Shown: positions 1 to 23,700 of the stretch, piece by piece
Layout: every line of letters begins with the position of its first letter
How positions within the stretch are numbered: position 1 is the stretch's first letter
Source: Macrostomum lignano
Taxonomy: Eukaryota
Reading direction: 5' to 3'
Assembly: GCA_002269645.1 (NCBI GenBank)
Contig: NIVC01002985.1
Location: 62,001 to 126,000, forward strand
DNA: 64,000 nt
Notes under the pieces: model-generated
The model's database searches: none
Seen by the model: only the letters and a program-made list of their open reading frames with translations
What the model was told of the DNA's origin: nothing
Program-made: the position numbers and the translations under genes

Positions 1-1
1 A

Positions 2-646
2 CCAACGACCAATCTGGGTCTGCTTCCCAAAGGGTTCCATCCCTGTGGGTCATCCCGCTGCAAATGCTGCACCCACTCACCGCCTGCTCTCTCCGCCCAG
101 GGACTGAAACCGGCTTCTGGTTTTTTAATCTCTCAGAGCCTGTCCTGTGGCTCCAAGAACATCATCTATGGCATCTCCTGCAACCAGTGCCACCCTGGGA
201 AAATCTTCTATGTAGGGATGACTAGAAGAACAATGAGAGATAGAATGAACCAGCACAGGTCAAATATTAACAGGAGAGTCGTAACTTCGGGGTCAGAGCA
301 CTTTCTCACCCCCAATCACTCGATTGCAAACTTTGTCTCCATTGCTATCGAACAAGTTCTTAATAACAACAAAATCGAACTAAGGGAAGAAATCTGGATT
401 AAAAAACTAGGGACTGACAAACCGCCAGGTACGAACATCAGGGTCGACAATCATCTTCTCCGACCCATCCCAATGGTCCTTCCTTTTCACCCATCTACGG
501 TCTGGCTTGCCAACGAGATTGCTAAAAACTTTGATAAGCTACAAAATAAAGCAGGCTCCCGCATACTGCCCGCATTTACACGGCAACATAACTTACAGAG
601 CCTCCTGGCTCCCAATAAGTTCAAGTCTCAGCCAGGAAACATTTAA
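2..646 (+). mobile_element. Penelope-like retroelement (PLE), 3' end of ORF: CCHH Zn-linker plus GIY-YIG endonuclease, truncated by the window edge
   Basis: Frame 2 is open from base 2 to TAA at 644-646. It reads ..GFHPCGSSRCKCCTHS..LSCGSKNIIYGISCNQCHPGKIFYVGMTRRTMRDRMNQHRSNI..SEHF..PNHS..ELREEIWIKKLGT..PPGTN. This has the GIY-YIG motifs (IIYGI / FYVG / R..R..H / catalytic E) and the Cys/His linker typical of PLEs. Confidence 0.9.
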
Positions 647-1016
647 TCATTTTAACCAATGCGCTATTTTTACCCTATTGAAGTACAATATTTATTCACG
701 TGTCATTTATTTTATTTTATTCAAACTGCTTAATTGTACGCTCAATATTGATTTTTATGCTCCTACCCCCAATACCGGCATTTCATCTAATCGTATAGTA
801 TCGCATATCGTATAGTACTTCGAAATAACAATTTTTTATAACAAATATACTGTCGTTTAAAATTAATGGTGGAAGGCCTCTGGGACAAGTTAGACCTAGG
901 CAAAACAGGGTTTTAAATGTACATCCCTCATATGTACAACTAATCATCAATTCTATCAGACTAAGAAAAATAATACTTAAAAGACCAACTTGAATTGCAT
1001 GACACACAGAGTTTTT

Positions 1017-1054
1017 GGCCTGACGAAGAGCCCAGAGGCTCGAAACCGGTAGCC
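1017..1054 (+). ncRNA. Minimal type I hammerhead ribozyme in the PLE 3' region (pLTR)
   Basis: Stem I is GGC(1017-1019)/GCC(1052-1054). The core is CTGACGA(1020-1026) plus an extra A. Stem II is GAGCC-caga-GGCTC(1028-1041), followed by GAAA(1042-1045). Stem III is the palindrome ACCGGT, and the cleavage triplet is GUA(1049-1051). It lies ~370 nt downstream of a PLE ORF, the established location of PLE hammerheads. Confidence 0.85.
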
Positions 1055-1099
1055 TATATTAAATTAATTAGTCTTTTGATTTTTTTAAACACGCCGTGA

Positions 1100-2150
1100 C
1101 CTCTCTTCTCTCTCTCTCTCTACCTCTCTCACTCTCTCACTCTCTCAATCTCTCGCTCTCTCACTCTCTCACTCTCTCACTCTCTCACTCTCTCGCTCTC
1201 TCACTCTCTCACTCTCTCACTCTCTCACTCGCTCACTCTCTCACTCTCTCACTCCCTCACTCTCTCACTCTCTCACTCTCTCACTCTCTCGCTCTCTCAC
1301 TCTCTCACTCTCTCACTCTCTCACTCTCTCACTCTCTCGCTCTCTCACTCTCTCACTCTCTCACTCTCTCACTCGCTCACTCTCTCACTCTCTCACTCTC
1401 TTACTCTCTCACTCTCTCACTCTCTCACTCTCTCACTCTCTCACTCTCTCACTCTCTTACTCTCTCACTCTCTCACTCTCTCGCTCTCTCACTCTCTCAC
1501 TCTCTCACTCTCTCACTCTCTCACTCTCTCACTCTCTCACTCTCTCACTCTCTCACTCACTCTCACTCTCTCACTCTCTTACTCTCTCACTCTCTCACTC
1601 TCTCACTCGCTCACTCTCACTCTCTCACTCTCACTCCCTCACTCTCTCACTCTCTCACTCTCTTACTCTCTCACTCTCACTCTCATTCTCTCACTCGCTC
1701 ACTCTCTCACTCTCTCACTCTCTCACTCTCTCGCTCTTTCACTCTCTCACTCGCTCCCTCTCTCACTCTCTCACTCTCTCACTCTCTCACTCTCTCACTC
1801 ACTCTCACTCTCTCACTCTCTCACTCTCTCGCTCTTTCACTCTCTCACTTGCTCCCTCTCTCACTCTCTCACTCTCTCACTCTCTCACTCTCTCACTCAC
1901 TCTCACTCTCTCACTCTCACACTCTCTCACTCTCTTACTCTCTCACTCGCTCACTCTCTCACTCTCTCACTCTCTTACTCTCTCACTCTCTCACTCACTC
2001 TCACTCTCTCACTCTCTTACTCTCTCACTCTCTCACTCGCTCACTCGCTCACTCTCACTCTCTCACTCTCACTCCCTCACTCTCTCACTCTCTCACTCTC
2101 TTACTCTCTCACTCTCACTCTCATTCTCTCACTCGCTCACTCTCACTACT
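1100..2150. repeat. (ACTCTCTC/ACTCTC)n low-complexity microsatellite
   Basis: Directly visible 6-8 bp CT/CA units over ~1 kb. It generates the spurious SLSH ORF. Confidence 0.95.
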
Positions 2151-2689
2151 CCTACTGTCACCCTCTCACTGTCTCCTTCACTCCCACATTCACGCTGGCA
2201 GCCAAATAATTTAACATTTTGTCAAAAAATCAAAAGTACAAAAAAATTCTCGAAAACTGCAGCAAGGCGTTGGCCAAAATTTTCCACTGGACTCCGTGAT
2301 AAAGAATGATTTCAGCTGACAAAAAACGTTTTTTCACGAACTGCAGCGCTGATAAGGACTAAGGTTTGAAAACTGGCTTTACTGTCTTAACTTACAGTGT
2401 TCAGCTTTTTAGTTAAGTCTTGGCTTCAGCCCATTGCGATGTCAAACAATTGCCTGCAACGGAATCCTTAGCGACAAGGTTTATTAGCAAAATACGAGCA
2501 TAGGCAACTCGTGTACGACGAAAACTAGACATTAATAGCTACTGATAACCCGATTTAAGTAGTGTAGTAAGGTTATGCGAAGTATAATATAAAAATGCAA
2601 AAAAGAATGCGATGCAAAGATTGGACAAAGTTGTATTTAAAACTGTGTTATATTTGGTCATATAATATTTGGATTGGGTCATACTCATG

Positions 2690-3440
2690 GAGTATTCAAA
2701 TTGGTCATGGAATATCCTAATTGGTCATGGAGTATCCAAATTGGTCATGGAGTATCCAAATTGGTCATGGAATATCCTAATTGGTTATGGAGTATCCCAA
2801 TGTGTCATGGAGTATCCAAATTGGTCATGGAATATCCTAATTGGTCATGGAGTATCACAATGTGTCATGGAGTATCCAAATTGGTCATGGAATATCCTAA
2901 TTGGTTATGGAGTATCCCAATGTGTCATGGAGTATCCAAATTGGTCATGGAATATCCTAATTGGTCATGGAGTATCCAAATTGGTCATGGAGTATCCAAA
3001 TTGGTCATGGAATATCCTAATTGGTCATGGAGTATCCAAATTGGTCATGGAGTATCCAAATTGGTCATGGAATATCCTAATTGGTTATGGAGTATCCCAA
3101 TGTGTCATGGAGTATCCAAATTGGTCATGGAATATCCTAATTGGTCATGGAGTATCCAAATTGGTCATGGAGTATCCAAATTGGTCATGGAATATCCTAA
3201 TTGGTCATGGAATATTCAAATTGGTCATGGAATATCCTAGTTGGTTATGGAATATCCAAATTGGTCATGGAGTATTCAAATTGGTCATGGAATATCCTAA
3301 TTGGTCATGGGGTATCCAAATTGGTCATGGAGTATCCAAATTGGTCATGGAATATCCTAATTGGTTATGGAGTATCCCAATGTGTCATGGAATATCCAGA
3401 TTGATCACAGAGTATCCATATTGGTCACGGAGTAACTCTG
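2690..3440. repeat. 20-bp minisatellite (TTGGTCATGGAGTATCCAAA variants) with higher-order periodicity
   Basis: Units stack in register on the 60-nt lines, and the variants recur in a 60/120-bp pattern. Confidence 0.95.
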
Positions 3441-3769
3441 ATTGATCATGGAGACCTTAAGAATACAACAAAACAATATCGAAGTTAAAAGCATTAATAA
3501 GTCGGATATCAACATGGCGCAAAACTTCTTTAAACAACAGCCGGATGAAGTTAAGCAAATAAAAAAGGAAGGTATTAAGCATGACTTAGATGGTGCTTTT
3601 TTATAATCGTGTAATTATCAGTTCTGAGAAACGCACATAAACGGTCACAGTCAACATAGAGGAAAAATATTTATAAACGTAAAATTACCCAAAGATAGAG
3701 AATCTAACCCATGACATGAAGAACCTTAGCGCAATTGGCTGACTGGGGAACCGCCAGTTTAACAGGTGT

Positions 3770-4250
3770 ATCTAACAGCTAAACCATGTTGTCCAACAGG
3801 CGTGTCTTACAGGTAAAACCTGGTGTGGAACAGGTGTGTCTAACAGGTAAAACCTGGTGTGGAACAGGTGTGTCTAACAGGTAAACCCTGCTGTGGAACA
3901 GGTGTGTCTAACAGGTAAACCCTGGTGTGAAAAGGTGTGTCTAACAGGTAAACCCTGGTGTGGAAGAGGTGTGTCTAACAGGTAAACCCTTGTGTGGAAC
4001 AGGTGTGTCTAACAGGTAAACCCTGCTGTGAAACAGGTGTGTCTAACAGGTAAACCCTGGTGTGGAACAGGTGTGTCTAACAGGTAAACCCTTGTGTGGA
4101 ACAGGTGTGTCTAACAGGTAAACCCTGGTGTGAAAAGGTGTGTCTAACAGGTAAACCCTGTGTCCAACAGGTGTGTCTAACAGGTAATCCCTGGTGTGGA
4201 ACATGTGTAATTTAACAGGTAAACCCTGGTGTCCAATATGTGTCTAACAT
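3770..4250. repeat. 34-bp minisatellite (AACAGGTGTGTCTAACAGGTAAACCCTGGTGTGG)
   Basis: About 13 visible tandem copies just downstream of the guanylyl cyclase stop codon. Confidence 0.9.
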
Positions 4251-4471
4251 CTGTTTCTACCAGCTGCTTTTATTGCAATCAGTTTGTTATCAGCTCGAGA
4301 TTATTGTTATTTATTGCATCGTTCGACCATCTTTCAAAACTTTAGACAAGCGAACAATAGAAATGTCTAGAAATCTTTTCTAATCATTAACAAACAATTT
4401 TACGCAAGACAAAAACTTTACCACACTAACGAGCGTAAACAATAACAATAATAATAACAACAAAAACAATT

Positions 4472-17142
<12,671 letters not shown>

Positions 17143-19823
17143 CGCAGTTGCAAGAACCAGAAATTGTTTAGGAATGCTTGGGGAAATTATTCGAGTGAAG
17201 ATTTCCTGTTTTTTGATTTTTAAAATCGGCCATCTCAGTCCTGGATTTGAGCTTCGCCAATTGGACAGATTCGAGTCCGCGTCCATCTCTTGTTGCCCAA
17301 CCCCAACTGCAGAGGACCTCTCGCTTGCTAATTCTCTTCCTTGCCTTTCGAATCTTTGATGCTCACTCATTCTCCAACCCCCCCCCCTTAGTTCGTTCTC
17401 TCTTTCCTGAGAGCGTCAGGATTTGCTAAATTTCCTGCATTCTGAGCCAGTCCGCATCTCCTAAGAATTTAAACGATTGTTTGTCAATCGTTTCATTCGG
17501 CATCTGAATTAGAGGGGCATCGTTCGGGCAAGGACTTCTGGACTCATGGACTAGAGACCAATTTGAAAACAGTGCAATTCGATGTACTTTTGAAAAACTC
17601 GTTTAGCTTAAGATTAACTCGCAATCCCTAAATGTATGAGTCAAAGTTCAAAGTACAAAGTAGTAAATTTTAACAAGTTAAGCCCACTTGGCTAGGGTTA
17701 GTTCGCAATTACTGAATTGGACTGCTTACACCAACCTTTTGAGGCAATAGCAAAGCAGTCCTTCAGTCCAGGTATCTAACTAACGGTCCATGGCCGTATT
17801 GCCAGTGGCGATCGTGGAAATTGAAAATTAACAGGGGATCGAGCTGACGAGCTGCTTACAGAGGGGCCGACAGCCCACTGCACCGGCTTCTCTGATTTCA
17901 TTTCAAATTTGCCGTTCCTTCGCCCGTTCCCCGGCCACTCTGCAATTGCTACTCTGGCTGAGATGCCTTCGCGAGCTCGAAGATTCTTCTTGAAAGATAG
18001 GCGGCGGGGGGCGGAAGGAGAAGAGACTGAGAAGCTTGGCCTCTTCTCCTCCCCCCCTCTCTCTCATCGTCAGCTCAACTCTAAAGAGGCCACTAATTTC
18101 AGTCTTTAATCACAGCTATGCCATCGCAGTCAGACAAAAGCTGCATGGCTTGTGGCGCTTTTACTTGCTGTTTCTCAATCAGAAGCTAATTTATAGGTTC
18201 CCCACTTCTATATATTATCTCTCCTTTTCGCCTCCGAAAATTACTGTTGGCAATTTGAACCTATATAGTCCGGAGAAACATGAAAACCGATACTGTAGCT
18301 GCAAAAATGCATAATAATTTGCAGGGGGGCTGCTCGGACACCCTGGCGCAACGCATATTCGGTGACATCGGTCCAATCACACCAACCATGCAGTGCTGAG
18401 GCAATTCTGCCCAAATCCCGCTGACTCCTGAGCAGAACTCTTTAGTTCCTGACTTTCTAATCGCCTGGCATGTACACTACTCTCTACTGTGTCTTGGGGC
18501 GTTGGCCCTAACTCCTCACGGGTGTGAATCGTGTATATAGGTAAGCTGTGTGTCAGAATCCAAAACACGAATGCAGCCGCGCGCACGGAGCGGCCTAAAA
18601 AAATGCGATCGCCTCTTCCTAGTTAAATCACCCCACTTCTTCCAAGTTACAATGTAGCAGCCAATCAGGTAAGTCGGAAGACGGAAGAGATAACTAGGTG
18701 AGAAGGAAGAATTGTTTAATTTAATAAGTGTCGCGGAAATTTAGAAGTTATACTCGAATTTTTCTACTGCGGTTAGTAGCACGCAAAAGATACTCGTATT
18801 TTCAGTAGTAGAGAGATTCAAATAGGCAATTCCAGACTTAGCAATAATTTACGCTTGTAGTAAGATTTAGTAAGATGATTAATTATTATTGTTATAAGTA
18901 GCCTTAGAAGTAGTACATGTAGGAATGAACAATGGAAGTATATAGCTTTTTGTTTAAGTGCTATTAATTCAAACAGTCAGTTAAACTAGAGGACGCGACA
19001 TTATTTCTACATGTATATCTAAGCTCGTATTTTTAGAATAGCAAAATGTACCGACATTAAATTTGGTGCATCATGTACTTTTTTGTAATTTAATTGCATT
19101 CTCGCCGTACAGCGTACTCATTCTCAGCCTACTGAAGGAGTTATAATTACATGTATAATTTTAACTTTCGACTAACTTCGTTCACTTTTAACGAAAAATC
19201 GCTGCAAAAGGACTACATGCCAGTCTAGTATAATGTAGTATAATGTCGTACGATGTCGATTAATGTAAAAGTACATTTGTCAGGGACGGCGATAGACGCG
19301 GGAACGTCCGCCGACGACCCGGATTGCTGTACGGGCGGGATCAAGATTCATTGTGACTTTCAGAGAGGACACTTGAAAGCTTTCATTTAGACAAGTTAAG
19401 GCTGGCTGATATATTTTTCGTAGCTCCGCATGATTTATACATGTACCTTGATGCCCTAGCTAAATATACGTATTGACTTTGAGCGTCAAATTCCTCTTGC
19501 CTCCCAGCTGTTGCATTAACTATTTTTTACAGCTTCGTTTTCATATGTTCATTCTTTGGCTCTTAAAAGGCCATTGCATGATATACATGTAACATATGTA
19601 ATACAGTATGGCATGCTATATTCATTGATTGCGAAATCGTCTAATATGTTTCCACCTGAAGCTTCTCCCCCCGTGCGGATCTTAATTGCCTTTCGCACAT
19701 CCAGCCGATCGCCTAAATTCTTTAGACCCATTTTATCGTACATGTAGCTATATAGCTAGTAGCTAATCATGCATGTACATGTTTCAAACAGGGATACTGT
19801 AGCTATAGCTATATATCTATATA

Positions 19824-20383
19824 CAGTGGTCCTTGGTTTCAAACTCGACGTCTTAAAAAATACTCTTGGCAAAAACTGACATGATATTTGCTACTATATG
19901 TTCGAATATCAAATGGCAAGCCAAGATCGACTATATTTTCACAAAGCTTTTTGTTTAAAGAGATACAAGTTAACCCGCCACGCTGCCATTTAACTATACA
20001 TGTATTTCAAGAATTCGGTCTTTGCTTCTCGCGGGGGCGACTGACATATTATTTCCATAAAAAATTATGCAATTGCAAAAGTGTGCATAAAGATGCAGCG
20101 CAAATTTTGTACCATATTTGTATTGTCAGAGACAATATATTTCCATTAAGAAAGTCCAACAAAAATCAGGTAAATAGCCCTGCCTCTTTGTGTTGCTCTT
20201 TGTTGGAAAGAATCGAGAGAGAGAGAGTAAGGTTTAAAAATATTCTATAAAGCCATCGTAAGATAAGATCGTTCTTAGCTCCTATCGTCGCAGTGTAAAA
20301 GTCCCGACGTACGATCGAACTTATGCTACAATAGCTTTATAGTACGATACCATTATATGTGGACATTAACCCAAGGACCACTG
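19824..20383. mobile_element. Non-autonomous Tc1/mariner-type MITE (~560 bp)
   Basis: TA|CAGTGGTCCTTGG...CCAAGGACCACTG|TA, i.e. 13-bp perfect TIRs with TA flanks. A further left-TIR copy starts at 20396. Confidence 0.75.
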
Positions 20384-20709
20384 TATATAGCTATACAGTG
20401 GTCCTTGCATTAACTAATACGTAAATAGGTCAATTTAAAAAATCCGTACGATTATCTTAGAATTTCTTATTAAATTGACTAAGAAAGCAAAGCAGCTTTT
20501 TACTTTTTGAAACTGAGGCATAAATCTGTTATTTGAATTTAATATACTAAATAGCATTATTTAACGAATAATATTTTTGTTTTAATACGGTATGACTGAG
20601 CAATCTGCATTTAAACTTACGAAATCATACAAAATATGATTTTTACCGATAAACTAGTTTTCAACCATTTCGGTTTATTTTTGCTACGGTAAAACATTCG
20701 TTAAAAGTA

Positions 20710-23700
20710 ATGGATTCGAAATACTACGACTTCGAAGACGGTAAGCAAGGCGATGAGCACTATTATTTATGTTAAGTAATAATTGCGATTTTATGGTTTT
20801 CTGTATTACTACATTATATACGAAATAAATAGCTTGCTAGCAAACAATCCTTATTTCCCGAATTCCCATATTGTCTACATGCGATAAATAAGTTGGTTAT
20901 ACTGAACTGAACCATAAAATTTATGCAAGGGCAATTTTACTTTTACTTTGTCTTTACAATTGATCATTCTTATTTTCTTAGTGGCCTAGCCTTAGTTTTA
21001 GTTTTAATTTGAACTAGAGGTCCTTAAGTTAACCCAAATAAAAGTAATGGATTATTATGCATAGGCCTATCAAAAAATGGTGGAGTCTAGTTTGAATAAA
21101 TAGGATAAATTGAAATTTTAAATCTAAGATCTATTGAGCTATAAATTATGAAGTAGGCCTAAATCATCATGAAGAAAATAAAGTGCAAAAATCAAGTAAA
21201 TGACAAATTATTGCCTTTGGTTTTTTTTATAAATAAATAATAATTATATTAGTTCCCAATACCAGGGTCAGGATTGTGTACCGCTATACACCAGAATGAA
21301 AATTGCTTCCATAGCTCATATACGCTAATGTGCACCAATGAAATTTGTATTGCATTCAAAAATATGCCAAAAAATTATAGATAGTGAGTCCTGTGAGCTA
21401 TATAAAAGGTAGAAAAAATTGAAAAAATATAAAAAAGGTATTAACTTTAAAAATGAATAAAATAAAAACTATACACAGTATAAAAAAGCCACAAAATAAA
21501 CTAAAAAGCTGATGAATGCTACTTTCTAGTGAGTGTCTGATTGTTTAAATCGTGCAAGTATGAAAAAAAGTTATACTTGGTCAAACTTTATATATTTTTA
21601 TCTTAATTTATAAAATGAAGCTGAAAAATAGGAAAACATATAATGCTTCTAGAAAATTGAAAATCATTGCAAAATTAAAGGACTATAACACAAGACAAGG
21701 TACTGAACACAATGGAATATAAACATATTTGACTACAAAAAACTGATTAAAAAATTAGAATTTTTTTATGTACCCCTTAAGAGGCCAGCAAAATTTTGTT
21801 TTTGAGTTTTTGTCCTTTGAACAACCATTCAAACCACGGTTCTTTTGAACTTTTGAACTATGGTTCGGATCGTATAGTAGTGTATGCTGGAACAAGAATC
21901 CTATCTCAGCTAAATGTATGCCAGTGTATGCCAAAAACAAAAAATTCCCTAAAGTGTATGCCAAAAATTCCCCCTAAAAAAAGGTCATTCCGTTTTCACA
22001 AGTAGAGTTTTCTAAGAAAGACTTTCGTACAAAAATTCTTTTAAATATTACGAATATTTTCATTGTTAATTGTAAAAAAGCAAAAAGTTTATCACTGACT
22101 TTCTAGGCTATATAAATTTTCCTTCATTTTATGTAAAAACTAAAAAGGGTTAATTTACATTACATTTTTTATACACAGCATCAATTTATTCACCAAAATT
22201 GGTACGCCAAAAATTTCTCAAGCTCAAAGTGGCACGCCAAAGTGGTACGCCAAAATAGCCAAACTTCTCAATGGTACGCCGGAAAATTCCGGCTTACATG
22301 TAACCTTCCTGAGTGTGGCTTTTGAATGATGCTTTCTATTATACTAGCAACATAGTTTCTAATGTTGAAAACTGCTTGTTAATATGTATTCCCTCATTTA
22401 CACAATACTAATTCAAAGTTTGAGCCAAAATACATGTAAACTGCCATTTAAAATAGAAAATGTAATGCAATTTTTTCAAATATGCATCAATGGTATTTTT
22501 TCTTTTGTTTTATTATCTAAAGTGGCATACAAACAAGACGAAACAATGATCTCATTGCTGGCTCTTCCCGAAACTCCAGTAATGGCACCAAATAATGGCA
22601 TGAATTATGAAGTCTGTTTTTGAAAAAAAGTGCAAGATTTCTGTTTTTTCTGTGTTAACTTTTTAAAATAGATTAATGCTTATTAACAATTATCGAATAA
22701 TTTTCAGTTAACTTAACAAAATTAAGAGTTAAAAACTTAAGATTTAAGCTTTTGCCATTAATGGAAGTTAATATTTTCATTAATGGTGCCCAACACTGCA
22801 AACTTGGAAGGGATATGCCAGAAAATAAATATTAGTTTTTATTTCATGCCAATATAAATAAAAAATATACAAAGCAAAAAATTGTTACTTTAGTTTCCAT
22901 TTATTTTTAAAATGCTTTTTTAGTTTAATCAATATTTAATACACTATATGCACTAGGTCTAAATATAGAAATTCTGTAGTCTTATCTTTACAAACTGGAA
23001 GAGATGTCTGTTTTTGCCATTAGTGTTTAAACATTTTCTTGATGCATTTTTTCTACAAAGTCACAATTTTTCTTATACAAAAAAAAGTTTTAAAAGCATA
23101 TAGCTTTTAGTATATTTTGCAATTTGTTGTATACTTACATTTTTTAATTAGAGAAATTTCCCTTTTTCATATTCTTGCATTCAATTTTTTATATAAAGTT
23201 TTGTTGTCTAGGAAAGAGCAACACCTGTTTTTTTACCTATTTTCACTTTTGGGTTTTTAATTGTCTCATTAGACCCTATAGCATTGCATAAGCTATAGAC
23301 AAATATCAGCCAGTATACAAAGAAGGTTATAGTGTCAATCATTTTTTATATTTACATGCCCAGTATAATGTTTTTATCAATTTTTAGAATATATTTATAT
23401 CTTTCTGTCATTTTGTCATTGTTTCTATTTTTTTATTTTTTAGTTGTATCATTTCTTATTTAGAAATATTTGCTTGGCTTCTATACTTGTGGCATATGCC
23501 ACTTGTATGCTTAGTTATGCTAGGACCTATGGTATCTAAGTCTGTCACAAGCTAAAAAATTATATGCTGCACTGCATCATTCCTTTTTGTTCTTTTTTCT
23601 ATGGAATGCCACTTTTTCCCCTTTTATTGCATTGTACTGTTGCCAAAGGGGTCTATCTAAAAGCTGCAGCAATTGGTAGGTCACAAAAATGACATTTTCC

